From contig CAVOGR010000001.1 in NCBI GenBank assembly GCA_963695555.1, forward strand, positions 192,001 through 256,000: DNA of 64,000 bases, given 5' to 3'. This document shows positions 1 to 11,894 of this stretch, piece after piece. Each line of letters starts with the position of its first letter. Position 1 is the stretch's first letter. The translations under genes were made by a program, and so were the position numbers. The notes beneath the pieces were generated by a model. That model worked only from the letters and a program-made list of their open reading frames with translations, had not been told where the DNA came from and ran no database searches. The stretch comes from an uncultured Gemmatimonadales bacterium. Its GTDB lineage: Bacteria; Gemmatimonadota; Gemmatimonadetes; Gemmatimonadales; GWC2-71-9.

Positions 1-927
1 GCCATTCTCATCATTGGAGCGTTGATCGCGTTCCTGCTCAAGACCGGCGCGCAAGAACGACGGCGTGACGTGCACATCGGCGTTGGTGCGGCGCTCGTGG
101 CGAGCGTCCTGACCGCTGTGGCGCTCGAGACCATCTTCCAGATCTCACGCGCCCATCAGGAGATGCTCGAGGGCTTCACCATGTTGGCGGCCATGGCGGT
201 GTTGTTCTACGTCAGCTATTGGCTCCTGTCGAAGATGGAGGCCGCCCGCTGGAACCGCTTCGTGAAGGGGAAGGTGCAAGAGGCCGTTGCCGGTGGCTCC
301 GCCCTCGCCCTTCCGTCGGTGGCGTTCCTCGCGGTCTATCGTGAAGGGTTCGAAACGGTGCTCTTCTACAAGGCACTCGTGGTTTCCGCCGGCACCGGGG
401 CGCAGACGCTCATGCCGGTGCTCGGAGGGATTGCGACCGGAGCGTTGGCCCTCGCCGCGGTGTACATCGCGATCAATCGCTACGGGGTCCGCATTCCGCT
501 CAAGCCGTTCTTCGGCATCACGAGTGCCTTCCTGCTCTACATGGCATTCGTCTTTGCCGGGAAGGGCATCGTCGAGCTTCAGGACTCGGGATTGATCGGA
601 GCCACGATTGTGTCCTGGGCGCCGCGCCTCCCGACCGTTGGCATGTACCCGACCGTCGAATCGCTGGTGCTGCAGGCGTTGCTGGTGCTGCTCGTGTTCG
701 GCGCCGTCGGTTGGACGTTCGTCCTCGAGCCGAGGCTGTCCCACGCCACAGCTCCTGCTCCAGCCGCCCGAGCCCGGGCGATCGAGGACCGCCCCGCCCC
801 CGTACCGGCCGATATCGATCTGCTTCGATCGCTGGACCGCATGGACGCCGATCTCGCCGCAGTGCGTGCAGAGCTCGTCCGCATTCGTGATCGTATTGCT
901 GCTGGATCGTCGGTGCCGCCTCGCTGA
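1..927 (+). CDS. FTR1/EfeU family high-affinity iron permease (5'-truncated by window edge)
   Basis: Multi-TM protein with REGFE iron-binding motif (VYREGFETVLF) and FYVSYWL..K segment; frame is open from base 1. Confidence 0.9.
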   Translation, partial: AILIIGALIAFLLKTGAQERRRDVHIGVGAALVASVLTAVALETIFQISRAHQEMLEGFTMLAAMAVLFYVSYWLLSKMEAARWNRFVKGKVQEAVAGGSALALPSVAFLAVYREGFETVLFYKALVVSAGTGAQTLMPVLGGIATGALALAAVYIAINRYGVRIPLKPFFGITSAFLLYMAFVFAGKGIVELQDSGLIGATIVSWAPRLPTVGMYPTVESLVLQALLVLLVFGAVGWTFVLEPRLSHATAPAPAARARAIEDRPAPVPADIDLLRSLDRMDADLAAVRAELVRIRDRIAAGSSVPPR

Positions 928-940
928 GCGAGCGGGCCAC

Positions 941-1774
941 CTATTTCTTGGCGCGCTTGGTCAGGTAGGGACCGGGCTCCACGGTCTGAGTCTTCCACTG
1001 CGTCAGGAGCACGGCTCCCAGCAGGATGAGGAGCACGCTCATGCCCTGGGCCAGCGTAAACGGGCCGAGGAGGCGATCGTCCTTGGCCCGGAGAAACTCG
1101 ATCAGGACGCGTTCGCTCCCGGCGAACACGAGATAGAGGGCAAACAGCCAGCCCGTTCCCTGCGGACCGCGCCTGAGTCTCCAGAGCAATCCGAAGACCA
1201 CCAACATTATGCCGACCTCATACAATTGGGTCGGATGGACGGCGAGGACGGTTGCCGGATCGAGGCCCGGCGGGGTCGCGATTCCGAACAGGTGTTGGAT
1301 ATTGCCGGCGGTGGACGGCGGCAGGCCTTCGGGAAACCGCATGCCCCAGGCCACATCGGTTGGACGGCCGTAGTCGTCATTGACCAGGAAACAGCCGACC
1401 CGGCCCAGGGCATAGGCCGCCGCCAGCGCCGGCGCGGTCAGCTGCATGGTCCATCGGGCGGGCACCCGGAGGCGCCAGCCATTCAGCAAGAGGGCGGCTG
1501 CTCCACCTACGAATCCCCCATACCAGACAAGCCCACCGCGGGACAGCAGCGCGTCGATATCCTGGGTGAGGGCGACATACCACAGCTTCGCTCCAAGAAT
1601 GCCGCCGATGACGGCGGCCACCGTGATATCGGCGGCGTAGTCCTCATTCCAACCTCGCCGCCTGAGTTCGAGGCTGATGAGCCATCCCCCCGCGAGGAAC
1701 CCCACCATCATCATGATGCCGTACCCGGTGATGGTGATCGGCCCGAAGTGCAGAATGAAGGGATAAACGGTCAT
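941..1774 (-). CDS. lgt: Prolipoprotein diacylglyceryl transferase
   Basis: GGLVWYGG, GRVGCFL..DDYG, HPTQLYE and EFLR motifs. Confidence 0.95.
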   Translation of the reverse strand: MTVYPFILHFGPITITGYGIMMMVGFLAGGWLISLELRRRGWNEDYAADITVAAVIGGILGAKLWYVALTQDIDALLSRGGLVWYGGFVGGAAALLLNGWRLRVPARWTMQLTAPALAAAYALGRVGCFLVNDDYGRPTDVAWGMRFPEGLPPSTAGNIQHLFGIATPPGLDPATVLAVHPTQLYEVGIMLVVFGLLWRLRRGPQGTGWLFALYLVFAGSERVLIEFLRAKDDRLLGPFTLAQGMSVLLILLGAVLLTQWKTQTVEPGPYLTKRAKK

Positions 1775-2833
1775 GAGGCGGTCGCAGATGTTGGCTGGGT
1801 ATGGTGGAGCCCCGGGATGGGGAGATCGTCCTCAGGAGTGAGTGACCACGCGCTTCGCTCTCCGCGGGCCAGTCGCCACGCCCCCGCGGCGGCGATCATG
1901 GCTGCATTGTCGGTGTTGAAGCGAGGAGACGCTGCCACGACCGTGGCCTGGCCGGCCAGCCGTTGCCGCATGGCGTCGATCAAGGTCTGATTACACGCCA
2001 CTCCGCCGCCAACCACCACCGTATGGTGATCGTAGCGCTGAGCCGCGTGCGCGGTCTTTTCCACCAACACCTCGATGACCGCATCTTGGAAACCCCGGGC
2101 GATATCGGCGCGCGCGGCGTCCACATCCTCGATCCCGCCGATGGCGCGCACGACCGCCGTCTTCAGTCCGCTGAATGAAAACGCGTATTGATCCCGATCG
2201 GATGCGAGGTCGCGCAACATGGGCCGGGGAAACACGAACCTGCCCGGCTGTCCTCGTGCGGCCAGCCGTTCGATCACCGGCCCGCCCGGATAGCCGAGCC
2301 CCAGAGCCTTCGCCACCTTATCGAAGGCTTCCCCGGCAGCGTCATCCCGAGTTTCGCCGAGCAGGCAGTAGTCGCCCCAGCGCTCTGACTTCGAGCAACA
2401 TGGTGTGGCCGCCGCTCACCAGCAGGCAGAGAAACGGTGGGACAAGCCCCGGGTGCTCGAGCGTTGCCGCGAAGATATGGCCTTCCATGTGATTCACCCC
2501 GATCAGGGGCACATCGAGGCTATAGGCGAGGGTCTTGCCATACATGACGCCGACCAGGAGGGCGCCGACGAGCCCGGGGCCGGCCGTCACTGCGACGCCG
2601 CCGAGATCGTCGAGGCCGGTCTCGGCTTCGCGCAAGGCCTGATTGACCACCGCACCCATGGTCTTCAAGTGTTCCCGGCTGGCCAGCTCAGGGACCACTC
2701 CACCAAAGACGCGATGGATGTCTTGTGACAGGATGACCAGGCTCGCGAGGCGCTGCGCCCCGCCCTCCGGACGCAGGACCGCGGCAGAGGTCTCGTCGCA
2801 CGACGTCTCAATGCCGAGTATCGGGGCTGCCAC
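1771..2833 (-). CDS. tsaD: tRNA N6-adenosine threonylcarbamoyltransferase TsaD (one frameshift near 2375, probably a sequencing indel)
   Basis: ILGIETSCDET, GGVVPELASREH, NHMEGH, LLVSGGHT in ORF 2342-2833; DDAAGEAFDKVAK..GYPGGP, FSFSGLKT, TDNAAMIA in the second frame. Confidence 0.93.
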
Positions 2834-2865
2834 GGGTGGGGTCGGCTTTCCGGGAGGCGGCAGGA

Positions 2866-3429
2866 TCAGCCCGGCGTCGGTGCGGGGTCCGGCCCGCCAG
2901 CGAGCAGGCGCTCGATACGGTCCCGGTTGATTTGGGAGTTCCAGTCCTCCCGTCCGATGATGCGTCGCGTGATGACGCCGTTCTTATCCAACAAGAAACT
3001 CTCCGGCACGCCGGTCGTCTGAAATGCCTGCTGAATTCGGGTGGACGGGTCATGGAGAATATCGAACTCGAGCCCCAGCTCAGTCGCGAAGGCCCGGACC
3101 GGGCCGCTGCTGCCCTCATCGATGCTCACGGCCGCGATCTTGAAACCGCGTGGAGCAAGTTGTTCGTACACCGCTTGCATGTCGGGCATCTCGGTTCGGC
3201 ACGGAACGCACCACGTTGCCCAAATATTGACCAACGTGACGTGGCCCGCGTATCGCTCCCGCAGTGACACGGTATCACCCGTGGCGAGGTCGACCACCCT
3301 GAAGTCCGGTGCGGCCACGCCGGGCCTGATTTGGTCGATGCCTTTCCCGATTCGCACGAGCGCAGTGGCCCCAATCACCAGGCCGATGCCAAGAACCGCT
3401 ACGATCCCCCACTGCCGTTCTCGTGTCAT
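2866..3429 (-). CDS. TlpA/ResA-family membrane-anchored thiol-disulfide reductase
   Basis: N-terminal TM helix, NIWATWCVPC..EMP, GVPESFLLD; ATGA overlap with rpe stop. Confidence 0.9.
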   Translation of the reverse strand: MTRERQWGIVAVLGIGLVIGATALVRIGKGIDQIRPGVAAPDFRVVDLATGDTVSLRERYAGHVTLVNIWATWCVPCRTEMPDMQAVYEQLAPRGFKIAAVSIDEGSSGPVRAFATELGLEFDILHDPSTRIQQAFQTTGVPESFLLDKNGVITRRIIGREDWNSQINRDRIERLLAGGPDPAPTPG

Positions 3430-4091
3430 GCTTTGCTCGTGCATTCGGTTTTGAGATCACGCACCGCCTGAGCGGGATCATCCGCTCCAAAGATGGCCGT
3501 GCCTGCGACGAAGGTGTCCGCCCCTGCCTCCCACGCGGTCCGTATCGTAGCCCGCGAAATCCCCCCATCGACTTCGAGACGCGCGCCGGAGCGGTGCGCG
3601 TCGAGCAGCGCCCGCACCCGCCGGATCTTGTCCGTCGAGGCCGGAATGTAGTCCTGCCCGCCGTACCCGGGGTTGACGGTCATGACCAGCACGAGATCCA
3701 CGTCCTCGATGACTTCCTCGAGCAAACTGAGCGGCGTCCCCGGATTCAAGGCAACGCCCGCGAGCATGCCCTGGTTCCGGATCGCCGCCAAGTGGCGCTG
3801 GACGTGGATCGTCGCTTCGGGATGAAGCGTGAAGACACGGGCACCGGCGGCCGCGAATTCCTCAATATAGCGCTCCGGATGTTGCACCATGAGGTGCACA
3901 TCGAGCGGCAGAGCGGTGAGCCGCCCGAGGGCACGGATGATCGGACTCCCGAAGGTAATGGTGGGCGTGAAGTGGCCGTCCATCACGTCCACATGGATCC
4001 AGTCCGCTCCCCCGCGCGTCACCTGGTCGACCTGTTCTCCGAGACGAGCGAGATCGGCAGCCAGGATGCTGGGGGCGATGCAGCTCTTCAT
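3426..4091 (-). CDS. rpe: Ribulose-phosphate 3-epimerase
   Basis: IAPSILAAD, HVDVMDGHF, DVHLMV, MTVNPGYGGQ, EVDGGI. Confidence 0.97.
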   Translation of the reverse strand: MKSCIAPSILAADLARLGEQVDQVTRGGADWIHVDVMDGHFTPTITFGSPIIRALGRLTALPLDVHLMVQHPERYIEEFAAAGARVFTLHPEATIHVQRHLAAIRNQGMLAGVALNPGTPLSLLEEVIEDVDLVLVMTVNPGYGGQDYIPASTDKIRRVRALLDAHRSGARLEVDGGISRATIRTAWEAGADTFVAGTAIFGADDPAQAVRDLKTECTSKA

Positions 4092-4852
4092 GGACGTCCC
4101 CGTCGCGCAAACACGAGATTTACCCTTCCTCCCTTCGGAGACAACGTCCCCGCAGCCGGGCGTTGATCGATGATTCGGCGCTCGTCAGCATCGGGCACCG
4201 TGCGGGTCGTGACTCGGCCGGCCACGAGACCGGCCAGGTCGAGCCGTTCCCACGCCTCGGCGTGCGTCAGGCCACGGAGATCCGGCACGATGATATTAGC
4301 CGGGCCGCGGCTCACCACCAACGTGAGCGTGGTGCCGGGTCGCCTGGCCACGCCAGCTTGAGGTCGAGTGGCCACGACCGTGCCCGGATCGGCGAGAGCA
4401 GCGATCGAGTCTGAGCGTTCGATGCCGAAGCCCGCCGTTTCGAGCACCAGGCTTGCCAAGGAGGTCTCGAGGCCCACCACGTCGGGGATGGGAGTCGCCG
4501 CGGGCCCCGAACTCACGGTCAGCCACACGAGGGCCCCCTCCGGGAGTGCCAGCCCAGGGGGAGGGTCCTGCCAAATGACGGCGTCGGCCGGGATCGTGGT
4601 GTGAGGTTCCGACTCGGTGACTCGCCCGCGCAGCCCTACCGCCGCCAGGCCGGCCAGCGCATCGCCTCGCGGAAGCTCCAGCACCCGGGGGACCGCCCGC
4701 TCGCCGCTCACCACCGGGGCGGGGAAGAGCCAAATCACGGTCACCAGATAACCAACGACCGCCGCGACCACTACCCACAGGCCATTCATGACCAATCGTC
4801 TGGTCCGCTGCTTCATGCCCGCGGGTGATGGCGTGTGTCGGCGGAACCTCAA
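4088..4852 (-). CDS. Membrane-anchored PASTA-domain protein (three repeats, no kinase or PBP domain)
   Basis: One N-terminal TM helix then VPRVLE..QDPPPG..LTVSSG, IPDVVGL..LVVSRG, VPDLRGL..QRPAAG repeats. Confidence 0.85.
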   Translation of the reverse strand: MRFRRHTPSPAGMKQRTRRLVMNGLWVVVAAVVGYLVTVIWLFPAPVVSGERAVPRVLELPRGDALAGLAAVGLRGRVTESEPHTTIPADAVIWQDPPPGLALPEGALVWLTVSSGPAATPIPDVVGLETSLASLVLETAGFGIERSDSIAALADPGTVVATRPQAGVARRPGTTLTLVVSRGPANIIVPDLRGLTHAEAWERLDLAGLVAGRVTTRTVPDADERRIIDQRPAAGTLSPKGGRVNLVFARRGRP

Positions 4853-6168
4853 GTGGCCCGCCTGAGACGGGCGGCAAACGCCCCGTCCATGCCATGAACA
4901 TGGGGCAGGATCTTCAGGTCTCCCGCCGGCGTCAGCATCCCGGTCGGCATCGTGTCAACCGGGTCGCGGTGGAATTCAGGGTGCTCGTCGAGGAAACGCT
5001 CGACTTGATGCTCGTTTTCTTCCGGTTCGAGCGAGCACGTGGCATAGACCAAGCGGCCGCCCGGGCGAACAACGGGCGCGAGTTGCGACAGGAGTCTTTG
5101 CTGGCTGTCCGTCAGACGGGTCAAGGCGCGGGTGGAGAGACGCGCCCGCGCGTCGGGATGTCGCGCCATGGTGCCGGTCGCGAGGCAGGGAGCATCCAAC
5201 AGCACGATATCGGCCGCTGCAAGCGGGGGCTGGCCCGCGTCCGCCCGGATTACCAGCTCCCTGCCGCTGCCCGCTCGACTGAGATTTTGACGCAGGCGCC
5301 GCAGGCGGGTCGGCTCGAGCTCGGTTGCGATGACGAGCCGGGCTCGCCGGCCCAGTGCGATGGCCTTTCCTCCAGGGGCGGCGCAGGCATCGAAGACGAC
5401 GTCGGCCTCGACTGGTCCGACGAACCGTACGACGAGAGCCTGGGCAGGATCCTGAACCTGGAAATCGCCGCTGTCGTACCCCGGGAGATCGGTGGGGCGT
5501 CCCGCCTCGACCACCACGCCGGCTTCGAACGGAGCAGCCCGGAACGGAATTGCCTCGGCGGTCAGCCGGCCGATGATCGCAGGGAGATCTCGGCGCGCTG
5601 GTTGAAGCACGAGAGACGGTCTCGTGTTGTTCCAGTCGAGGAGGCGGGTGGTCTCCTCGAGTCCAAAGCGGCCGATCCATCGGGCGACGAGCCAAGGCGG
5701 ATGTGAGTAGGCCCGGGCCAGGTCGCGGGGTGTGGTTGGGCTGGGCTCGGTTCCTGATTGGAGTGGCAGGCGGCGCAAGACGGCATTCACGAATCCGCCG
5801 GCCCGAGTTCCGCGGAGTTCGGATGCGAGTGATACGGATGTGCTGACGGCGGCGTGCGCGGGGATGCGGTCGAGGCCGGTGAGCTGGTAGGCGCCGAGCC
5901 GCAGGACGTCCTTCAGCACGGGGGCAACGGTTTGCCAACCTCCGGAGACGAGCGGCGCCAATCGCTGATCCAACGGTCCTGTGTGCCGGAGCACGCCGGC
6001 TGCGAGCTCATGTGCCAGGCGGCGATCCGCATCGGCTAAGCGTGCGAAGGCCGCCTCACACGCGGCATCGAAGTTCACTCCTCGGCGTACGCGGTCCAAT
6101 ACCTGGAGGGCGGCTCGGCGCGAAGATAGGCCCGGTGTCTTCGTGGTGGAGCGAGATGGCGGAGTCAC
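4849..6168 (-). CDS. rsmB: 16S rRNA m5C967 methyltransferase RsmB (NusB-like + NOL1/NOP2/Sun)
   Basis: LRLGAYQL, GFVNAVLRR, YSHPPWL, VQD, DACAAPGGK, LLDAPC, YATCSLEPEENE; start codon approximate. Confidence 0.93.
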   Translation of the reverse strand: MTPPSRSTTKTPGLSSRRAALQVLDRVRRGVNFDAACEAAFARLADADRRLAHELAAGVLRHTGPLDQRLAPLVSGGWQTVAPVLKDVLRLGAYQLTGLDRIPAHAAVSTSVSLASELRGTRAGGFVNAVLRRLPLQSGTEPSPTTPRDLARAYSHPPWLVARWIGRFGLEETTRLLDWNNTRPSLVLQPARRDLPAIIGRLTAEAIPFRAAPFEAGVVVEAGRPTDLPGYDSGDFQVQDPAQALVVRFVGPVEADVVFDACAAPGGKAIALGRRARLVIATELEPTRLRRLRQNLSRAGSGRELVIRADAGQPPLAAADIVLLDAPCLATGTMARHPDARARLSTRALTRLTDSQQRLLSQLAPVVRPGGRLVYATCSLEPEENEHQVERFLDEHPEFHRDPVDTMPTGMLTPAGDLKILPHVHGMDGAFAARLRRAT

Positions 6169-6181
6169 GGCTGGCGAAGGA

Positions 6182-6991
6182 CTACTCGAGCATTCCGCGA
6201 ACGGGGCTCGACGGGGCAGCAATCTCGCGGCGCGGCATCCGGCCAGCGAGGAACGCTTCCCGACCGGCCGCGACGGCCTGGCGCATGGCCTGCGCCATGA
6301 GAACCGGATGCTCCGCCGCGGCGATGGCGGTGTTCATCAGGATGCCGTCCACCCCTTGTTCCATCGTGATGCAGGCATCGGATGCCGTGCCCACGCCGGC
6401 ATCGACGATCACGGGGACCGAAAGCCTGCGCTTGATGGTGCGGATGCTGTATGGGTTGAGTAGCCCCAGCCCGCTTCCGATCGGCGAGGCGAGCGGCATG
6501 ACAGCGGCGGCACCGGCGTCCTCGAGCCTGAGCGCCGTGATCAGGTCTTCATTGGTGTAGGGCAACACCGTGAATCCTTCCTTCACCAAGACCCTGGTCG
6601 CCTCGAGCAAACCTTCGACGTCCGGCAGCAGGGTTTCCTGGTCTCCGATCACTTCGAGCTTGACGAACTCATTGAACCCGGCCTCACGGGCCAGGCGCGC
6701 GTAGCGGATCGCATCGTCGGCGGAGTAACACCCGGCGGTGTTTGCGAGGAGGAACCACCGCGCCGGATCGAGATGGTGCAGCAAACTCTCTTCCTTGGCG
6801 CGATTCAAATCCACCCGTCGCACGGCCACCGTCACCACCTCAGCGCCAGAGGCCTCGATGGCGCGCACCATATCGGCGTTGGACCGGTATTTCCCCGTCC
6901 CAACCAGAAGTCGAGACCGGAAGGTCCGTCCGCCGAGAGTGAGCGGGGTGTCCTCAGCGATGACATCCGTCGAATGCTGGCTCGTGGTCAT
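6182..6991 (-). CDS. thiG: Thiazole synthase
   Basis: [48 protein letters not shown]. Confidence 0.97.
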   Translation of the reverse strand: MTTSQHSTDVIAEDTPLTLGGRTFRSRLLVGTGKYRSNADMVRAIEASGAEVVTVAVRRVDLNRAKEESLLHHLDPARWFLLANTAGCYSADDAIRYARLAREAGFNEFVKLEVIGDQETLLPDVEGLLEATRVLVKEGFTVLPYTNEDLITALRLEDAGAAAVMPLASPIGSGLGLLNPYSIRTIKRRLSVPVIVDAGVGTASDACITMEQGVDGILMNTAIAAAEHPVLMAQAMRQAVAAGREAFLAGRMPRREIAAPSSPVRGMLE

Positions 6992-7063
6992 AACTCGTAC
7001 TCAATCCGTGCAGTGGCGTGAATCGTACGGTCCATGCTCATGTGTTGGCTGAAAGATACCCGC

Positions 7064-7273
7064 TCAGCCACCACCCACGAAGTGGACCACCTCGATCGTG
7101 TCGCCGTTCGCAAGCCATGTTTCCGCGAGGCGGGGGCGACGAATGATCTCGCGGTTCAGTTCCACGACAACGGCCCGCGGATCGAGGTCGAGATGCTGGA
7201 GGAGATCCGTCAACGTGGCCGGATATGGAATCATGCGGCTCTCGCCGTTCACGGTGATCACCAATTCACTCAT
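7064..7273 (-). CDS. thiS: Sulfur carrier protein ThiS
   Basis: ITVNGE..AVVVELNREII..EVVHFVGGG C-terminal di-Gly; adjacent to thiG. Confidence 0.95.
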   Translation of the reverse strand: MSELVITVNGESRMIPYPATLTDLLQHLDLDPRAVVVELNREIIRRPRLAETWLANGDTIEVVHFVGGG

Positions 7274-7893
7274 CAGGCGTCCGCCCATGGTTCGAGCAAC
7301 GCCACGGTTGCGGCGGCGGCGTCGTCGGTGTGCCATACCGCCGAAATAGCCGCGACTCCATAGGCGCCGGCATCGCGCAAGTGTCGGACGCGTGCGGCGG
7401 TGATCCCGCCGATGGCGATGACGGGGATGCCGAGCCGCGCCGTCTGCTCGATGAGGGTCTTTCCCGCGGCCGGCCGGCCGGGATGGGTCGGTGTCTCGAA
7501 GATGCTGCCAACCATCAAGAAGTCGGCGCCCTCACCAACTGCCTGCTCGGCCTCGCTGAGCGTGTGAACCGAGCGTCCAATCCATCCTTCGATCATGACC
7601 ATGCGGGCGTCCGCGGGGGCCAGGTCCTGTTGGCCGAGCTGCACGCCGTGCGCACCCACCGCGCGGGCAATGTCGGGGCGCCCGTTGACGAGGACAGCGG
7701 CTTCCGGCGCCGCGGCATGGGCCATCATGCGCTGAGCCAGGGTGGTGAGCGCCGCTCCGCTCAGGCTCCGGTCCCGCGCGTGAAGCGCGATGGCGGCGCC
7801 CGCCGAGGCAATGGCGGCGAGGCGCACGCCAAACGCAGGATCTGCGATGACCTGGGCGTCGGTGATCGCGTGGAGTCGGGGGAGCGGTCTCAT
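7273..7893 (-). CDS. thiE: Thiamine phosphate synthase / TenI family protein
   Basis: LHAITD, LVNGRPDIA..GAHGVQL, GRSVH, IFETPTHPG, PVIAIGGIT; RSVH/THPG variants are TenI-like. Confidence 0.8.
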   Translation of the reverse strand: MRPLPRLHAITDAQVIADPAFGVRLAAIASAGAAIALHARDRSLSGAALTTLAQRMMAHAAAPEAAVLVNGRPDIARAVGAHGVQLGQQDLAPADARMVMIEGWIGRSVHTLSEAEQAVGEGADFLMVGSIFETPTHPGRPAAGKTLIEQTARLGIPVIAIGGITAARVRHLRDAGAYGVAAISAVWHTDDAAAATVALLEPWADA

Positions 7894-8816
7894 TCGAATC
7901 GTTGACCGGCTTCGATCCCGCGGCCCCGAACCCACTCCGCCACCGAGAGCGGCTTCTTGCCTGCGGGCTGGACCATCCGCAGCTCGAGTGCCCCTGAGCC
8001 GCAGGCCACTGTGAGGAGATCACCGGCAGCAACGACGGTGCCGGGCAGAGCCCCACCGTTTTCCACCGCGCGTCCCTCGAACAGCTTGACCATCTGTCCA
8101 TCGAGCGACGTCCACGCCCCCGGCGCCGGATCGAACGCTCGTACCTGCCGTGCCAATTGAGGGGCGGGGGCGGCCCAGTCAAGGTGAGCCATTGTGCGTG
8201 TGACCTTCGGAGCATAACTCGCAGCTGCATCGTCTTGAGGCTCAGGGGTGGCGGTTCCCTCCGTCAGCTGCTCCACGGCCTGCAGCACTGCGGTGGCACC
8301 GAGTTCGGCCAAGCGCGCATTGAGCGTACCGAAGGTCTCCCCGGGTGCGATCGGGGTCTCGAGAGTCAAGAGGACCGGACCGGTGTCGAGTCCCTCTTCC
8401 ACTTGCATGATGCTGACACCGGTCGAGTCGTCGCCGGCCAGGATGGCCGCTTGAATGGGCGCGGCTCCGCGCCACCGCGGCAGGACCGACGCATGGACGT
8501 TGATCATGCCCAACGCGGGGATGGCTAGGATCTCAGGGCGCAGAATATGCCCGTAGGCCACGACCACGCCCATGTCCGGAGCCAGCCGCCGAAGTTGTGC
8601 CGCAAACAGGTCGCCCACGGGCCGCTCTGGCTGGAGGACCGGGAGGTTCAGGTGCTGGGCGGCGATCTTCGCGGCTGGGGGAACCAGTTGTGAGCGCGAC
8701 CGCCCCTGTGGCCGATCGGGTTGGGTCACGACGCCGACGATATCGTGCTCCGCGTGGTGCAGGGCGCGGAGTGAGGGAACCGCGAACTCGGGGGTGCCGA
8801 AGAAGATGAGACGCAT
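7890..8816 (-). CDS. fmt: Methionyl-tRNA formyltransferase
   Basis: FFGTPEFAVPSL, VVTQPDRP.GR, VVAYG, INVHASVLPRWRGAAPIQ, GLDTG. Confidence 0.97.
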   Translation of the reverse strand: MRLIFFGTPEFAVPSLRALHHAEHDIVGVVTQPDRPQGRSRSQLVPPAAKIAAQHLNLPVLQPERPVGDLFAAQLRRLAPDMGVVVAYGHILRPEILAIPALGMINVHASVLPRWRGAAPIQAAILAGDDSTGVSIMQVEEGLDTGPVLLTLETPIAPGETFGTLNARLAELGATAVLQAVEQLTEGTATPEPQDDAAASYAPKVTRTMAHLDWAAPAPQLARQVRAFDPAPGAWTSLDGQMVKLFEGRAVENGGALPGTVVAAGDLLTVACGSGALELRMVQPAGKKPLSVAEWVRGRGIEAGQRFE

Positions 8817-9348
8817 CAGGCCTTCGCGTCGGACGCCGCACCGATCTCCTTGATATGACCGGCGCCTTTGCGCGCTTTGCGCCACCGCGTGACGAGCAGC
8901 TTGCGTTTGAGTGGGCTCAAGCGATCCACGAAGAGAATCCCATCGAGGTGATCGATCTCATGTTGGATGACCCGCGCCTTGAACCCTTCGGCCTCGAGCC
9001 GGAACGGGCGGCCATCACGGTCGAGCGCCTCCACGGTCACCGTAGCGGATCGCGTCACGTCGGCATAGAGATCCGGGATCGAGAGACACCCTTCCTCGGC
9101 TGTATCCTCGCCGCCCTGATCCACGATCACGGGATTGACCATCTCGAAGCGATGTCCGTCGGCATCCACGACCGCCACGCGGCTGGTGACTCCGACCTGG
9201 TTGGCGGCCAGCCCAACGCCTTTCGCGGCGTCCATGGTTTCGAACAGATCGTCGATAAAGGCACGGGTCTCATCATCGACGGTGGCAATCTCCATGCTCT
9301 TCTCCCGCAACGGTGGGGACCCCAGCAGGTGGAGGGGACGGAGTGGCA

Positions 9349-9349
<1 letters not shown>
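8816..9349 (-). CDS. def: Peptide deformylase
   Basis: GVGLAANQVG, EEGCLSIP, QHEIDHLDG. Confidence 0.97.
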
Positions 9350-10807
<1,458 letters not shown>

Positions 10808-10840
10808 CGGTCGGGTCTGGTGGGCGCACGTTGTTCCTTT

Positions 10841-11894
10841 TCAGATGATCACCATCGCGTCGCCATAGGAATAGAACCGGTAGCGCCGGGTGATCGCCTG
10901 CTGATAGGCCTGCCTGATGAGATCGAACCCAGCGAAGGCCGACACCAGCATCAGCAAGGTGGAGCGCGGCAGGTGGAAATTGGTGACCAGGCGGTCCACT
11001 ACCCTGAAATGATAGCCGGGAACGATGAGGAGGCGGGTCTCGTGACGGCCCGCCTGCACGGTTCCTGCCATCGCGGCGCTCTCGAGCGCCCGGACTACCG
11101 TGGTGCCGACGGCCCAGATCTTCGCTCCCTGCGAGCGGGCGTCGGCAATGCGGGCCGCTGTCGCCGGGGGAATCTCGAACCGTTCCGGGTGCATCGGCAT
11201 GGTCTTTGGTGAATTCGGCCTCCACCGGTTGAAAGGTGCCGGGTCCCACCTCGAGGTCGATCCCGACGAGCCCGATGCCCTGGCCCCGGAGCCGCTCCAA
11301 CAGGGTCGGGGTGAAGTGGAGCCCCGCGGTCGGTGCCGCGACACTGCCCTCCCGTTCGGCGTACACGGTCTGGTACCGCGTCGCGTCGGCCTCGGTAGGC
11401 TCCCGGGCGATGTATGGCGGGAGTGGGACACGGCCGAATCGTCTCATCGCGTCGTCCGGGGTGGTCCCGTGGATCCGCACGATCCGATGGCCGCTGGGAA
11501 GTACCCGCTCGACTTCCGACCCACACCTCGGCATCGAGTACGACCCGCTTTCCCGGTCGCAATGCGCTGCCGGGCTTGCCCAAGGCTACCCACGCGCTGT
11601 CTGTGGTGGGGTGGATGAGCAGGACCTCGGCTGGTGCCCCGGAGGCGCGCCTGCCGATGAGCCGGGCATGGCGGACCTTGGTGGTGTTGACGACCACGAC
11701 ATCGCCCGGCGGGATCAGATCCGGAAGGTGGTGAAACATGGAATCGGAAAGAGTCCCGCTCCCGACCCCGCCTCGTGGCGCCTGACCACGAGCAATCGAC
11801 TTGCCGCGCGATCCGGCAGGGGCTCTTGAGCGATCAGGTCCGGCGGAAGCTGGTAATCGAAGTCCGAAGTGCGGCGAGGAAGCTCAGCGGTCAA
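10841..11894 (-). CDS. queA: S-adenosylmethionine:tRNA ribosyltransferase-isomerase (several frameshifts)
   Basis: [79 protein letters not shown] spread over different frames. Confidence 0.93.

Noticed and set aside
6992..7063. TPP riboswitch in the thiS-thiG gap
   Set aside because: Lacks the CUGAGA and GAACCUG/AGGGA core elements and is too short.
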